Source: Pseudomonadota bacterium | GTDB taxonomy: Bacteria; Desulfobacterota; SM23-61 | NCBI GenBank assembly: GCA_018819135.1 | Contig: JAHJQK010000075.1 | Span: 236 to 64,235, forward strand | Direction: 5' to 3' | DNA: 64,000 nt | In this document: in pieces, positions 6,453-17,060 of the stretch | Layout of the letters: every line of letters starts with the position of its first letter | How positions within the stretch are numbered: the first letter of the stretch is position 1 | Notes under the pieces: model-generated | What the model was told of the DNA's origin: nothing | Database searches by the model: none | The model's input: the letters and a program-made list of their open reading frames with translations, nothing else | Translations under genes and position numbers: made by a program

Positions 6453-9400
6453 CTACTTTGCACCTCCCACTGGGGGCGCAACTTCTATTGCTTCTTTTTT
6501 CTTGAGAAATCTGGCGAGGAAAGCGTCAACCACATCATAGGCCACCGGCACCACAATGAGCGTCAAGAAAAGGGAGGTGAGCAATCCTCCGATCACCGCG
6601 ATTCCCATGGGCGAACGGGTTTCGGCGCCTTCCCCGACACCCAGGGCTACGGGCATCATCCCGAAAATCATGGCAAAGGTGGTCATCAGAATCGGCCTCA
6701 ATCTCACGGGACCCGCTTCCAATATCGCTTCCCTCCTCGCCAACCCCCTCTGTCTCAGGGTATTGGTGTAATCCACGAGCAGGATCGCGTTCTTCTTTAC
6801 CAGGCCCATCAGGAGAATGAGCCCGATGAAGCTGAAAATATTGAGTGTCCGCCCGGTTAGAAGAAGAGCGCCGAAAGCCCCGATAAAAGCAAGAGGCAGG
6901 GACATCAAAATAATGAACGGCTGGACAAAGCTTTCAAACTGGGCAGCCAGAACCATGTAGGCCATGACGATGCCGAGAACCAAGGCAAACATTAAAAACT
7001 CGAAGGATTCCCCCATGGTATCGGCCATTCCTTTGTATCTTCCCGAGTATTCAAAAGGGAGGATCTTCGTGGCAATGGCATCCAACTCATTTTTTGCCTG
7101 GCCTAAGGGCTTGCTTTCCAGGTTGGCAAAGAGCGTGATAGCCCTCTGGCGGTCCACCCGGTTGATAATACTCGGCCCCCCCGCCTCTTGGATTTTCACG
7201 ATGTTGGCGATTTCCACCAGTCTCCCATCTCGGGAGCGCACATAAAGCCGGCCGATATCCTCGGGGCTGGTTCTACCCTCGGCCCAGAGTCTGGCTCGGA
7301 CGTCGTACCTTCGGCCCCGCGCTTCATCTTTGAATTTGGTCACATCCACTTCGCCGCCGATGAGGATGTTGATCACCTCGGCTACGCTGCCAATGTCCAC
7401 GCCCAGGTCAGCGGCCTTGTTGCGGTCGATGAGGATGCGACTTTCCGGTTTTCCGGCCTCCAGAGAAGTATCCACGTCTACAATCCCCGGAAGTTTGGAA
7501 AACTGATTCGTGACCTCACGGGAATAGGTTTCCAGCTCTTTTAGATTCCTTCCCCGGATGCTGTACTGGATGGGAACCATTCTCCGACCGCCTCCGATCA
7601 TGGCCACATCTTCCACCGAAACTTTCAGCCCGATGATCGAGGCCAGCGCCTTGCGGACCTCCTTCTTGATCTGTTCCTGTTTTTTCTTTCTCTCCGCTTT
7701 CGTTTTCAAAGTGCTGAACAGGACGGCCTTGTTGATTTCCTCGGTGGTCCCTGTTCCCAGGGCGTAATAGATGGAGACCACCTCCGGAAATTTGCGGAGA
7801 ATTTCCTCTGCTTTCCGAAACATTCCATCGGCGGCGTCAACGGAATAATCTACGGGGGCCTGCATGCGGATAATGAACCGGCCCTGGTCTTCCGGGGGGA
7901 TGAATTCCTTTCCTAAAAAATTGGTGAGCGCAAGGCCGCCCAGAAAGGCCAGCAGAGCCAATCCCAAGACCGCAGCCCGGTGCCGCAGCGCCAGGGCCAG
8001 CAATTTCTTATAGGCCCCTTCCGACTTCTTATAGAATCGATCAAACCAACCCAGGGCATCGAACCGTCTTTTCCCCTTTTCGGGGACATGGTTCCGGGAC
8101 GACCTCAGCCATTGCGATGCCAGCATGGGGGTAAGGGTAAAGGAAACAAACCAGGATACCATGACTGCAAAAACGACCGTCATGGCGAACTGGAAGAAGA
8201 ACCTTCCGATAACCCCTTTCATGAAGGCTACCGGAAGAAATATGACAATGATGGCCAGGGTGGTGGCCGACACGGCGAGGCCGATCTCGGAGGTGGCAAA
8301 GGACGCGGCTTTCTGGGGGGACATGCCCCCTTCGATGTGGCGGTGGATGTTTTCCACGACGATGATGGCGTCATCGATGAGGATCCCAATGGAAAGGGAG
8401 AGAGCCAGCATGGACATGTTGTTGAAAGTGAAATTGAAGGCCCGCATGATGCCAAAGGTGGCCACGACCGAAATCGGGATGGCCAAGGCGCTGATCAGCG
8501 TGATGCTCAGACTCTTTAAGAAGAGCAACACCGCCAGCGTGGCAAAGAACCCCCCATAAATTAAGTGATGCTGTACTTCCCGGACGGAACGGTTGATGAA
8601 GTCGGATTGGTCGAAGGCGATCTCCAATTTCATTCCCGCAGGGAGAGTGGTTTTGATCCGCTCCAGCTCCTTTTTCACCCGATTGATAACCTCGACCGTA
8701 TTGGTTCCCGACTGTTTCTGAACCCCCAACCCCACCGCGGGAACTCCGTTAAACCGGACGATGGAGCGCTTCTCCGCCATCCCGTCCTCCGCCCGCCCGA
8801 TGTCCCGGAGCCTGACCGGAGCATTGTTGTAGTATCCTACGATCAGGTCATTGAATTCCTGGGGGTTCGGAACTTCTCCTTTGATTTTTACCGAGTATTC
8901 CTTCGTGGTGCTCTCAATCCTTCCCCCGGGCAACTCCACATTCTCCCGTTGCAGAGTCCGCAAAACGTCGTGGGCGGTCAGCTTATAGGCCTCGAGTTTG
9001 TAGCGGTCCAGCCAGATGCGCACCTGCCGTAACCGCAGGCCCCCCATCCGGATGGCGCCGACTTCGTTGACCCGTTGCAGCTGTTCTTTCAATACCTCAT
9101 CCGTATAGGTGGAAAGCTCCCGAACGGACTTTTGGCCCGAAAGGGCCATCCACAATACCGGGGAAGCATCAGGGTCGACTTTTTCGATGACCGGTTCGTC
9201 GATGTCATTGGGCAATTTGGACCTGATGGCGGCGATCTTTTCTCGAACGTCCTGCACGGCCAAATCGATGTCCCTTTCGAGAACGAACTCCACGGTGATC
9301 ACGGACACGCTTTCCGCGCTCATGGAGCTGATGGTCTTGACCCCGTTTATGGTGTTGACGGCCTCCTCGATCTTATCCGTGACGTCCACATCCATGATTT

Positions 9401-9569
9401 CGGGGCTCGCTCCGCGCAGGATCGTTTTGATGTTGACGATTGGGAAGTCAACCTTGGGGAACAGGTCCACGCCGATACTGGGGTAACTCACCACGCCGAA
9501 GACGACAAGGGCCATGATCAGCATCGTGGCGAAGACCGGTCGCTTAATGGACGTATCAGCGAGCCACAT
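6453..9569 (-). CDS. RND efflux transporter permease (AcrB/HAE family)
   Basis: About 1038 aa from ATG 9569 (MWLADTSIKRPVFATMLIMA...). 12-TM RND architecture with two large periplasmic loops. The start overlaps the adaptor stop by 14 nt. Confidence 0.9.
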   Translation of the reverse strand: MWLADTSIKRPVFATMLIMALVVFGVVSYPSIGVDLFPKVDFPIVNIKTILRGASPEIMDVDVTDKIEEAVNTINGVKTISSMSAESVSVITVEFVLERDIDLAVQDVREKIAAIRSKLPNDIDEPVIEKVDPDASPVLWMALSGQKSVRELSTYTDEVLKEQLQRVNEVGAIRMGGLRLRQVRIWLDRYKLEAYKLTAHDVLRTLQRENVELPGGRIESTTKEYSVKIKGEVPNPQEFNDLIVGYYNNAPVRLRDIGRAEDGMAEKRSIVRFNGVPAVGLGVQKQSGTNTVEVINRVKKELERIKTTLPAGMKLEIAFDQSDFINRSVREVQHHLIYGGFFATLAVLLFLKSLSITLISALAIPISVVATFGIMRAFNFTFNNMSMLALSLSIGILIDDAIIVVENIHRHIEGGMSPQKAASFATSEIGLAVSATTLAIIVIFLPVAFMKGVIGRFFFQFAMTVVFAVMVSWFVSFTLTPMLASQWLRSSRNHVPEKGKRRFDALGWFDRFYKKSEGAYKKLLALALRHRAAVLGLALLAFLGGLALTNFLGKEFIPPEDQGRFIIRMQAPVDYSVDAADGMFRKAEEILRKFPEVVSIYYALGTGTTEEINKAVLFSTLKTKAERKKKQEQIKKEVRKALASIIGLKVSVEDVAMIGGGRRMVPIQYSIRGRNLKELETYSREVTNQFSKLPGIVDVDTSLEAGKPESRILIDRNKAADLGVDIGSVAEVINILIGGEVDVTKFKDEARGRRYDVRARLWAEGRTSPEDIGRLYVRSRDGRLVEIANIVKIQEAGGPSIINRVDRQRAITLFANLESKPLGQAKNELDAIATKILPFEYSGRYKGMADTMGESFEFLMFALVLGIVMAYMVLAAQFESFVQPFIILMSLPLAFIGAFGALLLTGRTLNIFSFIGLILLMGLVKKNAILLVDYTNTLRQRGLARREAILEAGPVRLRPILMTTFAMIFGMMPVALGVGEGAETRSPMGIAVIGGLLTSLFLTLIVVPVAYDVVDAFLARFLKKKEAIEVAPPVGGAK

Positions 9570-10797
9570 TGAGTTTTCCCCCCTCGGAAAGATTCTGCTG
9601 GCCGGCGACCACAACTTTTTCGCCTCCCTGTAAACCCTCCACAATTTCCATAAACTCGCCGTATTTACTGCCCACTTTCACAGCCTTTTCCTTGGCGTGG
9701 CCTTTTTCCTCCACGAACACCTTAACTTTGGTTTCCTCGTATAAAAGAGCCGTTACCGGGATCACCACCGTTTCCTTGGCCTGCCCGGTATACAGGATAA
9801 CCTTGGCAAAAAGGCCTGGCTTTAAAATTCCTTCAGGATTCGGAACCAAGGCCTCCACCAAAAGGGTCCTGGTTTTTTCCTCCAGGCTCGGATAAATGGT
9901 GGTGACTTCCCCTTTGAATTCTCTTTCGGGAAAAGCATCCACCCGCAGGGAAACACCCTGGCCGTTCTTTACTTTTCCCACGTCTCTTTCCCTCATAGTA
10001 AAACGAAGCTTGATGGGGTTTGATTGAATGATCACAAAAAGAGGGGTACCATTTTTCACCAACTCCCCTTTGGAAACCTTCCGGACCCGGACGATTCCAG
10101 CCAGGGGAGAAAAGATCTTGGTCTTGCTGAGTTTTTGGCGGGCCAGAGAGAGGGCGGCCTGGGATTGGTCTAATTGGGCGCGAGCGGCGGCGATTTCTTC
10201 CTGGCGGGGTCCCTCGACCACCAAAGCATAATTTTCTTTGGCCTTTTTATGGTAGGCAACAGCTACCTCGTATGCGGTTCGGGCAGAATCCCATTCCTGG
10301 GCGGAGATGTATTTATCCTGATAAAGCTTTTTGGCCCGATCCATATCCGCTTTCCGTTTCTCCATATCGGCCAGGGTCTGATTCACCTCCGCCTTCGCCA
10401 GTTGAATTTCTTGAGGACGGGCACCGGTTAAGAGTTGTTGTAGCCGGGAATCGGCACCCTCCAAGACGGCCTCGGCTCTTTTCGTTTCCAGACGATAATC
10501 CGTGTCATCGATCACGGCCAGTAGCATATCCCTGGAAACCTTGGTTCCTTCGTCCACTTTGAGATCCTTTAAAATCCCATCGACCTCGGTGCTTACCGTT
10601 ACCTCGTCATAGGGGTTTAAATTGCCAATGGCTTCTACGAAGGGCCGGAGAGGTCTTTTTTCCGCTGCCCGGACCTGTACGTTATAAACCTTCTCCTCGG
10701 CAACAGGTATTGAACTCACTTTTTCGCAGGCATTCAAAAGCAGAAGAACGGGAAGGGTCGATAAAAAAATAGAAGCCACGCGTAATTTTATCTTCAT
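9556..10797 (-). CDS. RND efflux periplasmic adaptor (HlyD/MFP family) lipoprotein
   Basis: Start chosen at MKIKLRVASIFLSTLPVLLLLNAC (lipobox). Has a coiled-coil hairpin and beta-barrel regions typical of AcrA-like adaptors. Confidence 0.85.
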   Translation of the reverse strand: MKIKLRVASIFLSTLPVLLLLNACEKVSSIPVAEEKVYNVQVRAAEKRPLRPFVEAIGNLNPYDEVTVSTEVDGILKDLKVDEGTKVSRDMLLAVIDDTDYRLETKRAEAVLEGADSRLQQLLTGARPQEIQLAKAEVNQTLADMEKRKADMDRAKKLYQDKYISAQEWDSARTAYEVAVAYHKKAKENYALVVEGPRQEEIAAARAQLDQSQAALSLARQKLSKTKIFSPLAGIVRVRKVSKGELVKNGTPLFVIIQSNPIKLRFTMRERDVGKVKNGQGVSLRVDAFPEREFKGEVTTIYPSLEEKTRTLLVEALVPNPEGILKPGLFAKVILYTGQAKETVVIPVTALLYEETKVKVFVEEKGHAKEKAVKVGSKYGEFMEIVEGLQGGEKVVVAGQQNLSEGGKLNVAR

Positions 10798-11044
10798 CTC
10801 GCAATCCTTTCCCCCAGCAGACTCACTCTTTTCAATTTTGGGTGTATATCGCTTTGTGAGTCGCACGGAGAATTGAAAATCTTATCCGATCCAAATAATT
10901 TAAGGGTGGGGTTGAGAGATAGTTGAGGTTTGTTCCCCATTTTACAGGAGTTCAACTCTCCCCGTCGGCTCCACCTAATGTTAAGGGGTTGCCAGCCTTT
11001 ATCATGGCTGGCAACCCCTTTCTTTTGCCCCAAAACATTTCCGC

Positions 11045-11446
11045 TTATAGTCCTATAAAATTTCCGAATTTCTTTAAAAACTGTTTGATATCCTGCAGCC
11101 TGGTTTGGATAATCCTGTAGATCTCTGCATCGTCGATATCCCAATAAATATGCACAAGTCTGTTTCTGAACCGCGCCATCTGTATTAGAGAGTTGGTAAA
11201 TTCCGCATCGAAAACTCCTTTTTCCTCCATGACTCTGAAGGTATCGGCGTAGTCTTCGGGCGTGCGGAATCCGTTCTTGGAAATGATATGATTGCTTAGG
11301 TCTACCGCCCCTTCGATGGCCACAATGAGGTTGTATTTAGCGCTCGCCACCTTGTGCGGGTCGGCAGCGAACTCTTCCTCAGAGAGCTTTCTTAAGTCTT
11401 CCAACCTTTGAAGGGCAGAAAGCACTTCGGAGGTAATCTTTCTCAC
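11045..11446 (-). CDS. hepT: HepT (DUF86) HEPN-family toxin
   Basis: 133 aa with RFRNRLVHIY (Rx4H). Lies directly downstream of a minimal nucleotidyltransferase gene. Confidence 0.8.
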   Translation of the reverse strand: MRKITSEVLSALQRLEDLRKLSEEEFAADPHKVASAKYNLIVAIEGAVDLSNHIISKNGFRTPEDYADTFRVMEEKGVFDAEFTNSLIQMARFRNRLVHIYWDIDDAEIYRIIQTRLQDIKQFLKKFGNFIGL

Positions 11447-11456
11447 CTTGTCGGGG

Positions 11457-11885
11457 TTATATTCCAGATCCCATCGCCTCCTTGAGGTACATTTTCCGGA
11501 AAGGAGCGAAGTCGAAATAATTGCTCAGGGTCGCCTCCATAAAATCACAACGCAGGTCGTCATCAATCACAACGATCGGCTTTCCATGCTTGAGTACGTT
11601 GTACCGAAAGGAAAGAGGAGCGTTGTTCAAGACCCGAACCTCTACCGGGTACTTTTTCACCTCTTTGTCTAATTCCGTCTCCATTTCAAGTTCAACCTGA
11701 AGCGAAGGTGAAAAAGGAGGCTTCAGGTAGATGGCGATGTCAATATCTCTGAATCGATCGCCGGAGAAAAACGAACCATGTAAATAAGCAAAAAGAATAT
11801 CGGGCCGGTTTTTGATATAGGCCGTGATGCGCTCTACAATGACTCTTTTCTCATCTGCGCGAATTTTATAATATCTATTTTCCAT
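11457..11885 (-). CDS. mntA: MntA-type minimal nucleotidyltransferase antitoxin
   Basis: 142 aa with LHGSFFSGDRFRDIDIAIYL (GS...DxD NTase motif). Confidence 0.8.
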   Translation of the reverse strand: MENRYYKIRADEKRVIVERITAYIKNRPDILFAYLHGSFFSGDRFRDIDIAIYLKPPFSPSLQVELEMETELDKEVKKYPVEVRVLNNAPLSFRYNVLKHGKPIVVIDDDLRCDFMEATLSNYFDFAPFRKMYLKEAMGSGI

Positions 11886-12107
11886 GGCAACTAAATATTA
11901 GCAAGTCGAACCCAAGATAGCAAGCCCCAAGAGGCAAGAAAAAATTTGGTTCCTTTCCCCTTCTATGCCCTTCTTCCTCCTGACCTCATTCTTATTCTTC
12001 TCTCACCGAGGCGCCAAGGCATTTCTTTTTCCCGGGGTACTAACCAAATAAAGTTTGAGATGTGGATATGAAATTCCTATTTTAGGACAGCGGCCTTTTT
12101 TAAATTT

Positions 12108-13030
12108 TTAACCGAGGTTATCCCAGAGAAATCCAGCCAAATAAGCTGCACCGGCAGCAGGGAACAACCTAAAGAACCGCACCATCCCCAGCCACCTGCC
12201 CATTTGTTCATGGGGAATTAGCTCAAAAGTAATAGCGCTTGTAACAACAGTGTTGATATAGAAGAACCCTTGTAGGGCCCCCGCCGCTATCAGAAACACA
12301 GGGCTTGAGGCCCAGATCAGCATTAAGTTAGAGGCCCAGAAAAGGGGCCCTACCAAATAGAGAACCTTTTTCCGCCCGATCTTGTCCGCTAACCTCCCCA
12401 GAGGAATTCCCAGCACAAAGGGGGTCACTGCAAAAGCAGTAACCATCGCACCTAATATGTATTGATCTGCCCCTTTTAACTCACGGGCAAAGACATGAGT
12501 GAAAGGAATTACCATCCCTTGCGGTAGAAAAGTGAAGGCAGAGATGACCAGAAAACGCTTTAAGTTATGTCCCTGCTCAAATACTTGGGAGAGGTCTTTC
12601 AAAAAATTAGGCTTTGAGCCGCCCAGGCTTCCCCACTTCCGGCCGGATAATTGAGTGAGCAAAAGAAGAAATGTGGCCAGGGTGCCGGCAAGATTCAGAA
12701 AGAATAAGGGCCTAATTCCATTTACATTTACATCTCCAAAAATGCTAACCAGCCAAGCTCCCAGAACTGGGCTGATCATTCCCAAAAATCCTGCGGCGAG
12801 AGTCTCGCAGCAGCTCATGGCCGTAGCTCGGTCTGCAACGGGTAACGAATTAAAAAGGACTCTTGTTTGTAATCCTCTGATTGAAGGAATGGAAGGTGTG
12901 CGGCGCGTACCGTTCCTCCGTCCGGGCCACGACAAATTTTGTCGATGAGTTTATGACTCAGGATTAGAATGAACCGAATTCGCTTGAAAAGTTCGTTACT
13001 TGGTCGTAAAATAAACATGTAATTTCTGCC
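12108..13030 (-). pseudogene. MFS transporter, N-terminally degraded and frameshifted
   Basis: The 275-aa ORF covers roughly the last 7-8 TM helices. The motif-A-like LIDKI / WPGRRN is split between two frames near AAAATTT (about 12935-12945). No TM1-2 region upstream. Confidence 0.5.
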
Positions 13031-13245
13031 CGAATCTATCCCAAGGCAGCCCACTTGGCATTCCGATCGGTTTTATCCGCTATTCGTCAATAATCATCGG
13101 AAGTGATTTGTTTGGCAGGACGCAGTTACATTCATTTTGTGGAAGCAATAAATTCCGTCCCCCCTACCCTACCTCTCCCCCCATCAAGAGGGGAGAGTGA
13201 AACCAAGAAAGGGAAAAGAGGGATGAGATGATAGAGGAATAAGAA

Positions 13246-13803
13246 ATGAAGCTGGGATTGATTGTTTTCCCGCAGGTTGGCAAACGCACGCTCTTTCGCT
13301 TGCTGACGGGAAAAGAAAGCGAACCGGAAAAATGCAAGGGAGAAGCCCAGGGATTGGCCCGCGTCCGTGACGAGCGTTTCGAGCGTCTGGTCGAGATCTA
13401 TCGGCCGCGAGTGGAAACGCCGGCCCAGATCGAATTCTCTCTCCTACCGGACCTGGAAAAACAGGCAGAGCGTAATACCCGGATCTGGCGCGTTCTCGAG
13501 AAGGTGGACGTCATCTGCCATCTCGTGCGCGCTTTTCCGGAAGATACGGTTTTTCATGTTGCCGGCTCCGTCGACCCTCGCCGCGATATTACGGCCCTGA
13601 ACGAAGAATTACGGCTGAATGATCTGCTCTTCATCGAGAAACGGATCGAGCGCGGCTTCATCCAGGCTGAGGTCATCAAATACGAAGATCTTATTCAGCT
13701 GGGCAACGAGCAGAAGGTCCGCGAGGAGGGAAAACTGCTGCAGAAAGGCCGGGACTACGTTGTGGAGGACGGGGACATCATCAATTTCTTGTTCAATGTA
13801 TAA
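13246..13803 (+). CDS. YchF-like protein with degenerate P-loop and an in-frame internal deletion (185 aa versus ~363)
   Basis: The N-terminus MKLGLIVFPQVGKRTLF replaces GLPNVGKST. The C-terminus GFIQAEVIKYEDL...GRDYVVEDGDIINFLFNV is the YchF TGS-like tail. The middle ~180 aa are absent. Confidence 0.6.
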   Translation: MKLGLIVFPQVGKRTLFRLLTGKESEPEKCKGEAQGLARVRDERFERLVEIYRPRVETPAQIEFSLLPDLEKQAERNTRIWRVLEKVDVICHLVRAFPEDTVFHVAGSVDPRRDITALNEELRLNDLLFIEKRIERGFIQAEVIKYEDLIQLGNEQKVREEGKLLQKGRDYVVEDGDIINFLFNV

Positions 13804-13910
13804 TGCCTACGGAAGGCGTATAGGGAGATGCGAAAGAATTGCGTCATCCCCTTGGTCCCACCCCACTCGAAGCACTCGAACACTCGAATCTTACCCTTGT
13901 TGACCAGCGT

Positions 13911-14597
13911 CTATTTACCTTTCCTTTTTTTGTAACTGACGGAAACGTCGGCGCGGCTCTGCGGATGGATGCTAGTTTTAAATCCAGGCAGGCTTTTCAT
14001 ATATTTATAATATTCGTCGGTACCCATCCTATATCCCCCTCGATGAAGAGGTTCCGGCTCTTCAACGTTATGCGCCGCTATGCAGCCCCCAGTTTCAAGT
14101 TTCGGAACTAAAGCTTTGGCATAATTGGTGTACCAATCTTTATCCGCATCAATGAAGACAAAATCAAAGGGCCCCAAAAGCTCATTCACTAACTGATGGG
14201 CATCGGCAAGCCGGGCATCTATGTACTCGCTGAGACCCGCTTCCTTGAAATTGGCCAATGCCTGCCTGTAGCGCCCTTCATCGATTTCGATGGTAACCAG
14301 CTTCCCTCCTGTCTTGCTGAGTGCCCAGGCCATCCATATCGCCGAATGACCCGTCGAGGTTCCCACTTCCAGCGCCTTTTGGTATTTACTCTGAACGATA
14401 ATTTCATAAAGAATTTTCCCGTCCGCTTCCGGAACATTTAAATCACGCCATCGATTCTTCATTTTATCAAGAAATTTCATTACCTTTTCATCGATGATTC
14501 TTTGCCTTGCCGTTTCCTCCGAGTAACAGGGAATCGTGGATGCAAAAAAAACAATCAGAAACCCTAAAATTCCTATGTAAAAACATTTTCTCATCAT
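13911..14597 (-). CDS. class I SAM-dependent O-methyltransferase (family 3) with N-terminal signal/TM segment
   Basis: ALEVGTSTGHSAIWMA and FDFVFIDADKDWY motifs. Start taken at the ATGATG preceded by a GGGGGG run. Confidence 0.75.
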   Translation of the reverse strand: MMRKCFYIGILGFLIVFFASTIPCYSEETARQRIIDEKVMKFLDKMKNRWRDLNVPEADGKILYEIIVQSKYQKALEVGTSTGHSAIWMAWALSKTGGKLVTIEIDEGRYRQALANFKEAGLSEYIDARLADAHQLVNELLGPFDFVFIDADKDWYTNYAKALVPKLETGGCIAAHNVEEPEPLHRGGYRMGTDEYYKYMKSLPGFKTSIHPQSRADVSVSYKKRKGK

Positions 14598-14751
14598 CCC
14601 CCCCTTTTTAAAACCATTTAAAATAAAAACGAAGGATCTAAGCGCTTGTCTCACCTCCTCTCTGGGAGAACATTATCCAATGAATACCCTGGCCCACCGC
14701 CAATTTTCCATTTCCCGGATTTCATCTTTTTCCGTTCTGCCGAACATAACT

Positions 14752-16671
14752 TTATTTTTTGGCAGTGGTTTTCTTGTTGGATTGCATGCCCAGTCGCCAC
14801 CACAAGGGGATAAGGCCCAGACCAATGGTAGTTAAAAGAAAAAGGTAGGTTCCGCGCCAGGGAAACCAGGATGGCGCCGGGCTGCTGCACACCCAGGTCC
14901 CAACAGCGGTTAACAGAAAAAAGGTGGTAATAGAAGCCAGAATGATGGCGGTACTCGCCCGGGTCAGGAGCCATTTGCTCTGCTTGTCTTGGCCCAAATC
15001 CCGGGCTATCGGGCCCCAGAATCCCGGCGGTCGCGCCCGGCGGTAAAATTCCTTCAGCAATTCCTTGTTTTCAGGCCCGAGAAGAAATGAAGCACCTATC
15101 CCAGCGGAGGTCGAGATAATGGCCATGAGAAGGAGTCTCAAGGCTTCCGCCTCTGGAAATGCCCAAAGCAAAACCGGGGCAAAAACCGAAGACATGAGGA
15201 TGCAGGTTATCTCACCCCAAGCATTGATCCGCCACCAAAGCCATCGCAAAACGAGCATAATCCCCATACCCGCCCCCAAAAGTAGACTCGCCTGCCAGGC
15301 CATTTGAATCGACGAAAGTTGCCCCATGATGAGGAAAGCGATGGCCAGAATCAGAAGATTGGAGCAGCGCGCGACCCAAATCAGTGATGAAGGACGGGGT
15401 TCCCTCTTCAAGATATGGCGGCAAAAAAATCGTTTATAAATGTCATTGGTCCAATAGGAAGCTCCCCAGTTCAAATGCGTGTCCACAGTGGAAGCTAAGG
15501 CGGCCAGCATACAGGTTAACATCAATCCCTTGATACCGGCGGGAAGAAGCTCAGCCATTCCGCGCACAAAGGTTGTCTCCCTCTCGGCCACTATCAGACT
15601 CGCGTCCAAGTTTGGATCCAGTGGGAATAAAATCAATAAACCCAACCCCAGCGGCAGCCAGAGGAGGCTGCGCACGAATACCTGGCTCACGGTAAAGACC
15701 AGGGCGGCCTGGCGGGCATCCTGGTCGCTGCGGCAAGCCATCGTTCGTTGAGCCAGATATCCCGTGCCGTCGGCATTCAGTTGAACGATCCATTGCAGGG
15801 CAAAAACCGCCAGCAAAGTCCAGCTGACATCCTTGGCTTGAGAGGGATCAAAGGCCAGTATCTGAGAAGGGGTTATGCCCCCGGGCGTGCGCCCTTCATT
15901 GAAAAGCTGGTGCAACTTTAACGGGATAGCTTCTAAACCCCCGACTTTATGGATAACAATAACTACGAAAATCAGGGTGCTGACCATCATGATGGCAAAT
16001 TGAACCAAATCAGTCTCCACCACACTGCGCAGCCCGCCGGTGGCCGAATAAAGCGTGGTCACCATCAGGATACAAGCTAAGGAGATCAAATTGTTGGCGG
16101 AAAGGATCCAAACTCTTGGACCTTCGGGGTCAACGGTTAGCGGAACACCGATCCTCTGCACCAAGTCGTGCACGATTTGAAACCAGCTTTCCGGCAGCCA
16201 TTGGTTCCATAAGAGAAAAGGTTCGGCAATGCGGGTGGCCGCAAGCAGTACCCAAGCGAGGACGATACAATTGAAAAAGGTGCCGAAATAAACGGCTTTG
16301 AAAGCGCGCAAAACTGCAGCCGGCTGGCCGCCATAGCGGATTTCGGTAAGTTCCGCGTCGGTCAGAACTCCGGCCCGGCGCCAGCTTGCAGCTAGTAAAA
16401 AACCCATCAGCAAAAAGGCAATCGTATAAATCCATAAACGCCAGAGAGAAAAAATTCCGGCAGTGGCGATCAGCCCGGTAACCAGAAGCGGTGTATCGGC
16501 GGCGAACTGGGTGGCTGCCATACTGATGCCCGCCTTCCACCCTTTCAGGGATCTTCCCGCTAAAAAATATTCCTCAAGATTCCGGGATGCTTTCGCCCTG
16601 GCCAGGAAACCGGCAGCGACAGCATAAGCAATGAAAGCCAGGATGATAACAATATCTATCCGACCGATCAA
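14752..16671 (-). CDS. sodium:solute symporter (SSS) family transporter
   Basis: 639 aa and polytopic. N-terminus ...NLEEYFLAGRSLKGWKAGISMAATQFAADTPL is typical of SSF. Confidence 0.8.
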   Translation of the reverse strand: MIGRIDIVIILAFIAYAVAAGFLARAKASRNLEEYFLAGRSLKGWKAGISMAATQFAADTPLLVTGLIATAGIFSLWRLWIYTIAFLLMGFLLAASWRRAGVLTDAELTEIRYGGQPAAVLRAFKAVYFGTFFNCIVLAWVLLAATRIAEPFLLWNQWLPESWFQIVHDLVQRIGVPLTVDPEGPRVWILSANNLISLACILMVTTLYSATGGLRSVVETDLVQFAIMMVSTLIFVVIVIHKVGGLEAIPLKLHQLFNEGRTPGGITPSQILAFDPSQAKDVSWTLLAVFALQWIVQLNADGTGYLAQRTMACRSDQDARQAALVFTVSQVFVRSLLWLPLGLGLLILFPLDPNLDASLIVAERETTFVRGMAELLPAGIKGLMLTCMLAALASTVDTHLNWGASYWTNDIYKRFFCRHILKREPRPSSLIWVARCSNLLILAIAFLIMGQLSSIQMAWQASLLLGAGMGIMLVLRWLWWRINAWGEITCILMSSVFAPVLLWAFPEAEALRLLLMAIISTSAGIGASFLLGPENKELLKEFYRRARPPGFWGPIARDLGQDKQSKWLLTRASTAIILASITTFFLLTAVGTWVCSSPAPSWFPWRGTYLFLLTTIGLGLIPLWWRLGMQSNKKTTAKK

Positions 16672-16733
16672 TTTTCTAACCCTGGGAAAATGGCCTTAAT
16701 AAATTAGACAGCGCCTGATCGGTGTAAGCGGGT

Positions 16734-17060
16734 TCACTTTTCATATTTAGCCGCAAATTCTTGATCAGACATCGTCAGGTAAAGAATCCCTTCTATTAAA
16801 CCTGCTAAGGCCGGGATGAAAGTCCAACAAAGAGCCAGATATAAAATTCCCCAACCAATCTTGCCCAGATAAAACTTGTGGATACCCAAGCCTCCGAGGA
16901 GAATACCAAAAAGACCCGCTGCTATCCGACTTTTTCTTGTAGCCGTTGGGGTCAAAGGCTGTCTTAGACCACATTGAGGACACATTTCTGCTTGCCAATC
17001 AATTTTAGCCCCGCAACGTATACAATATTTTATTCCATTTAATTGTGGATCCATACGCAC
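16734..17060 (-). CDS. zinc-ribbon + TM2-domain membrane protein
   Basis: CIRCGAKIDWQAEMCPQCG followed by GLFGILLGGLGIHKFYLGKIGWGILYL (TM2 domain). Confidence 0.7.
   Translation of the reverse strand: MRMDPQLNGIKYCIRCGAKIDWQAEMCPQCGLRQPLTPTATRKSRIAAGLFGILLGGLGIHKFYLGKIGWGILYLALCWTFIPALAGLIEGILYLTMSDQEFAAKYEK

Noticed and set aside
6556-9572. Many 70-180-aa ORFs antisense or out of frame within the RND permease gene, and similar ones within the adaptor, SSS transporter, atp, murA and hisD genes.
   Set aside because: They lie entirely inside long, well-supported genes, have biased composition and no recognisable motifs. They are typical shadow ORFs.
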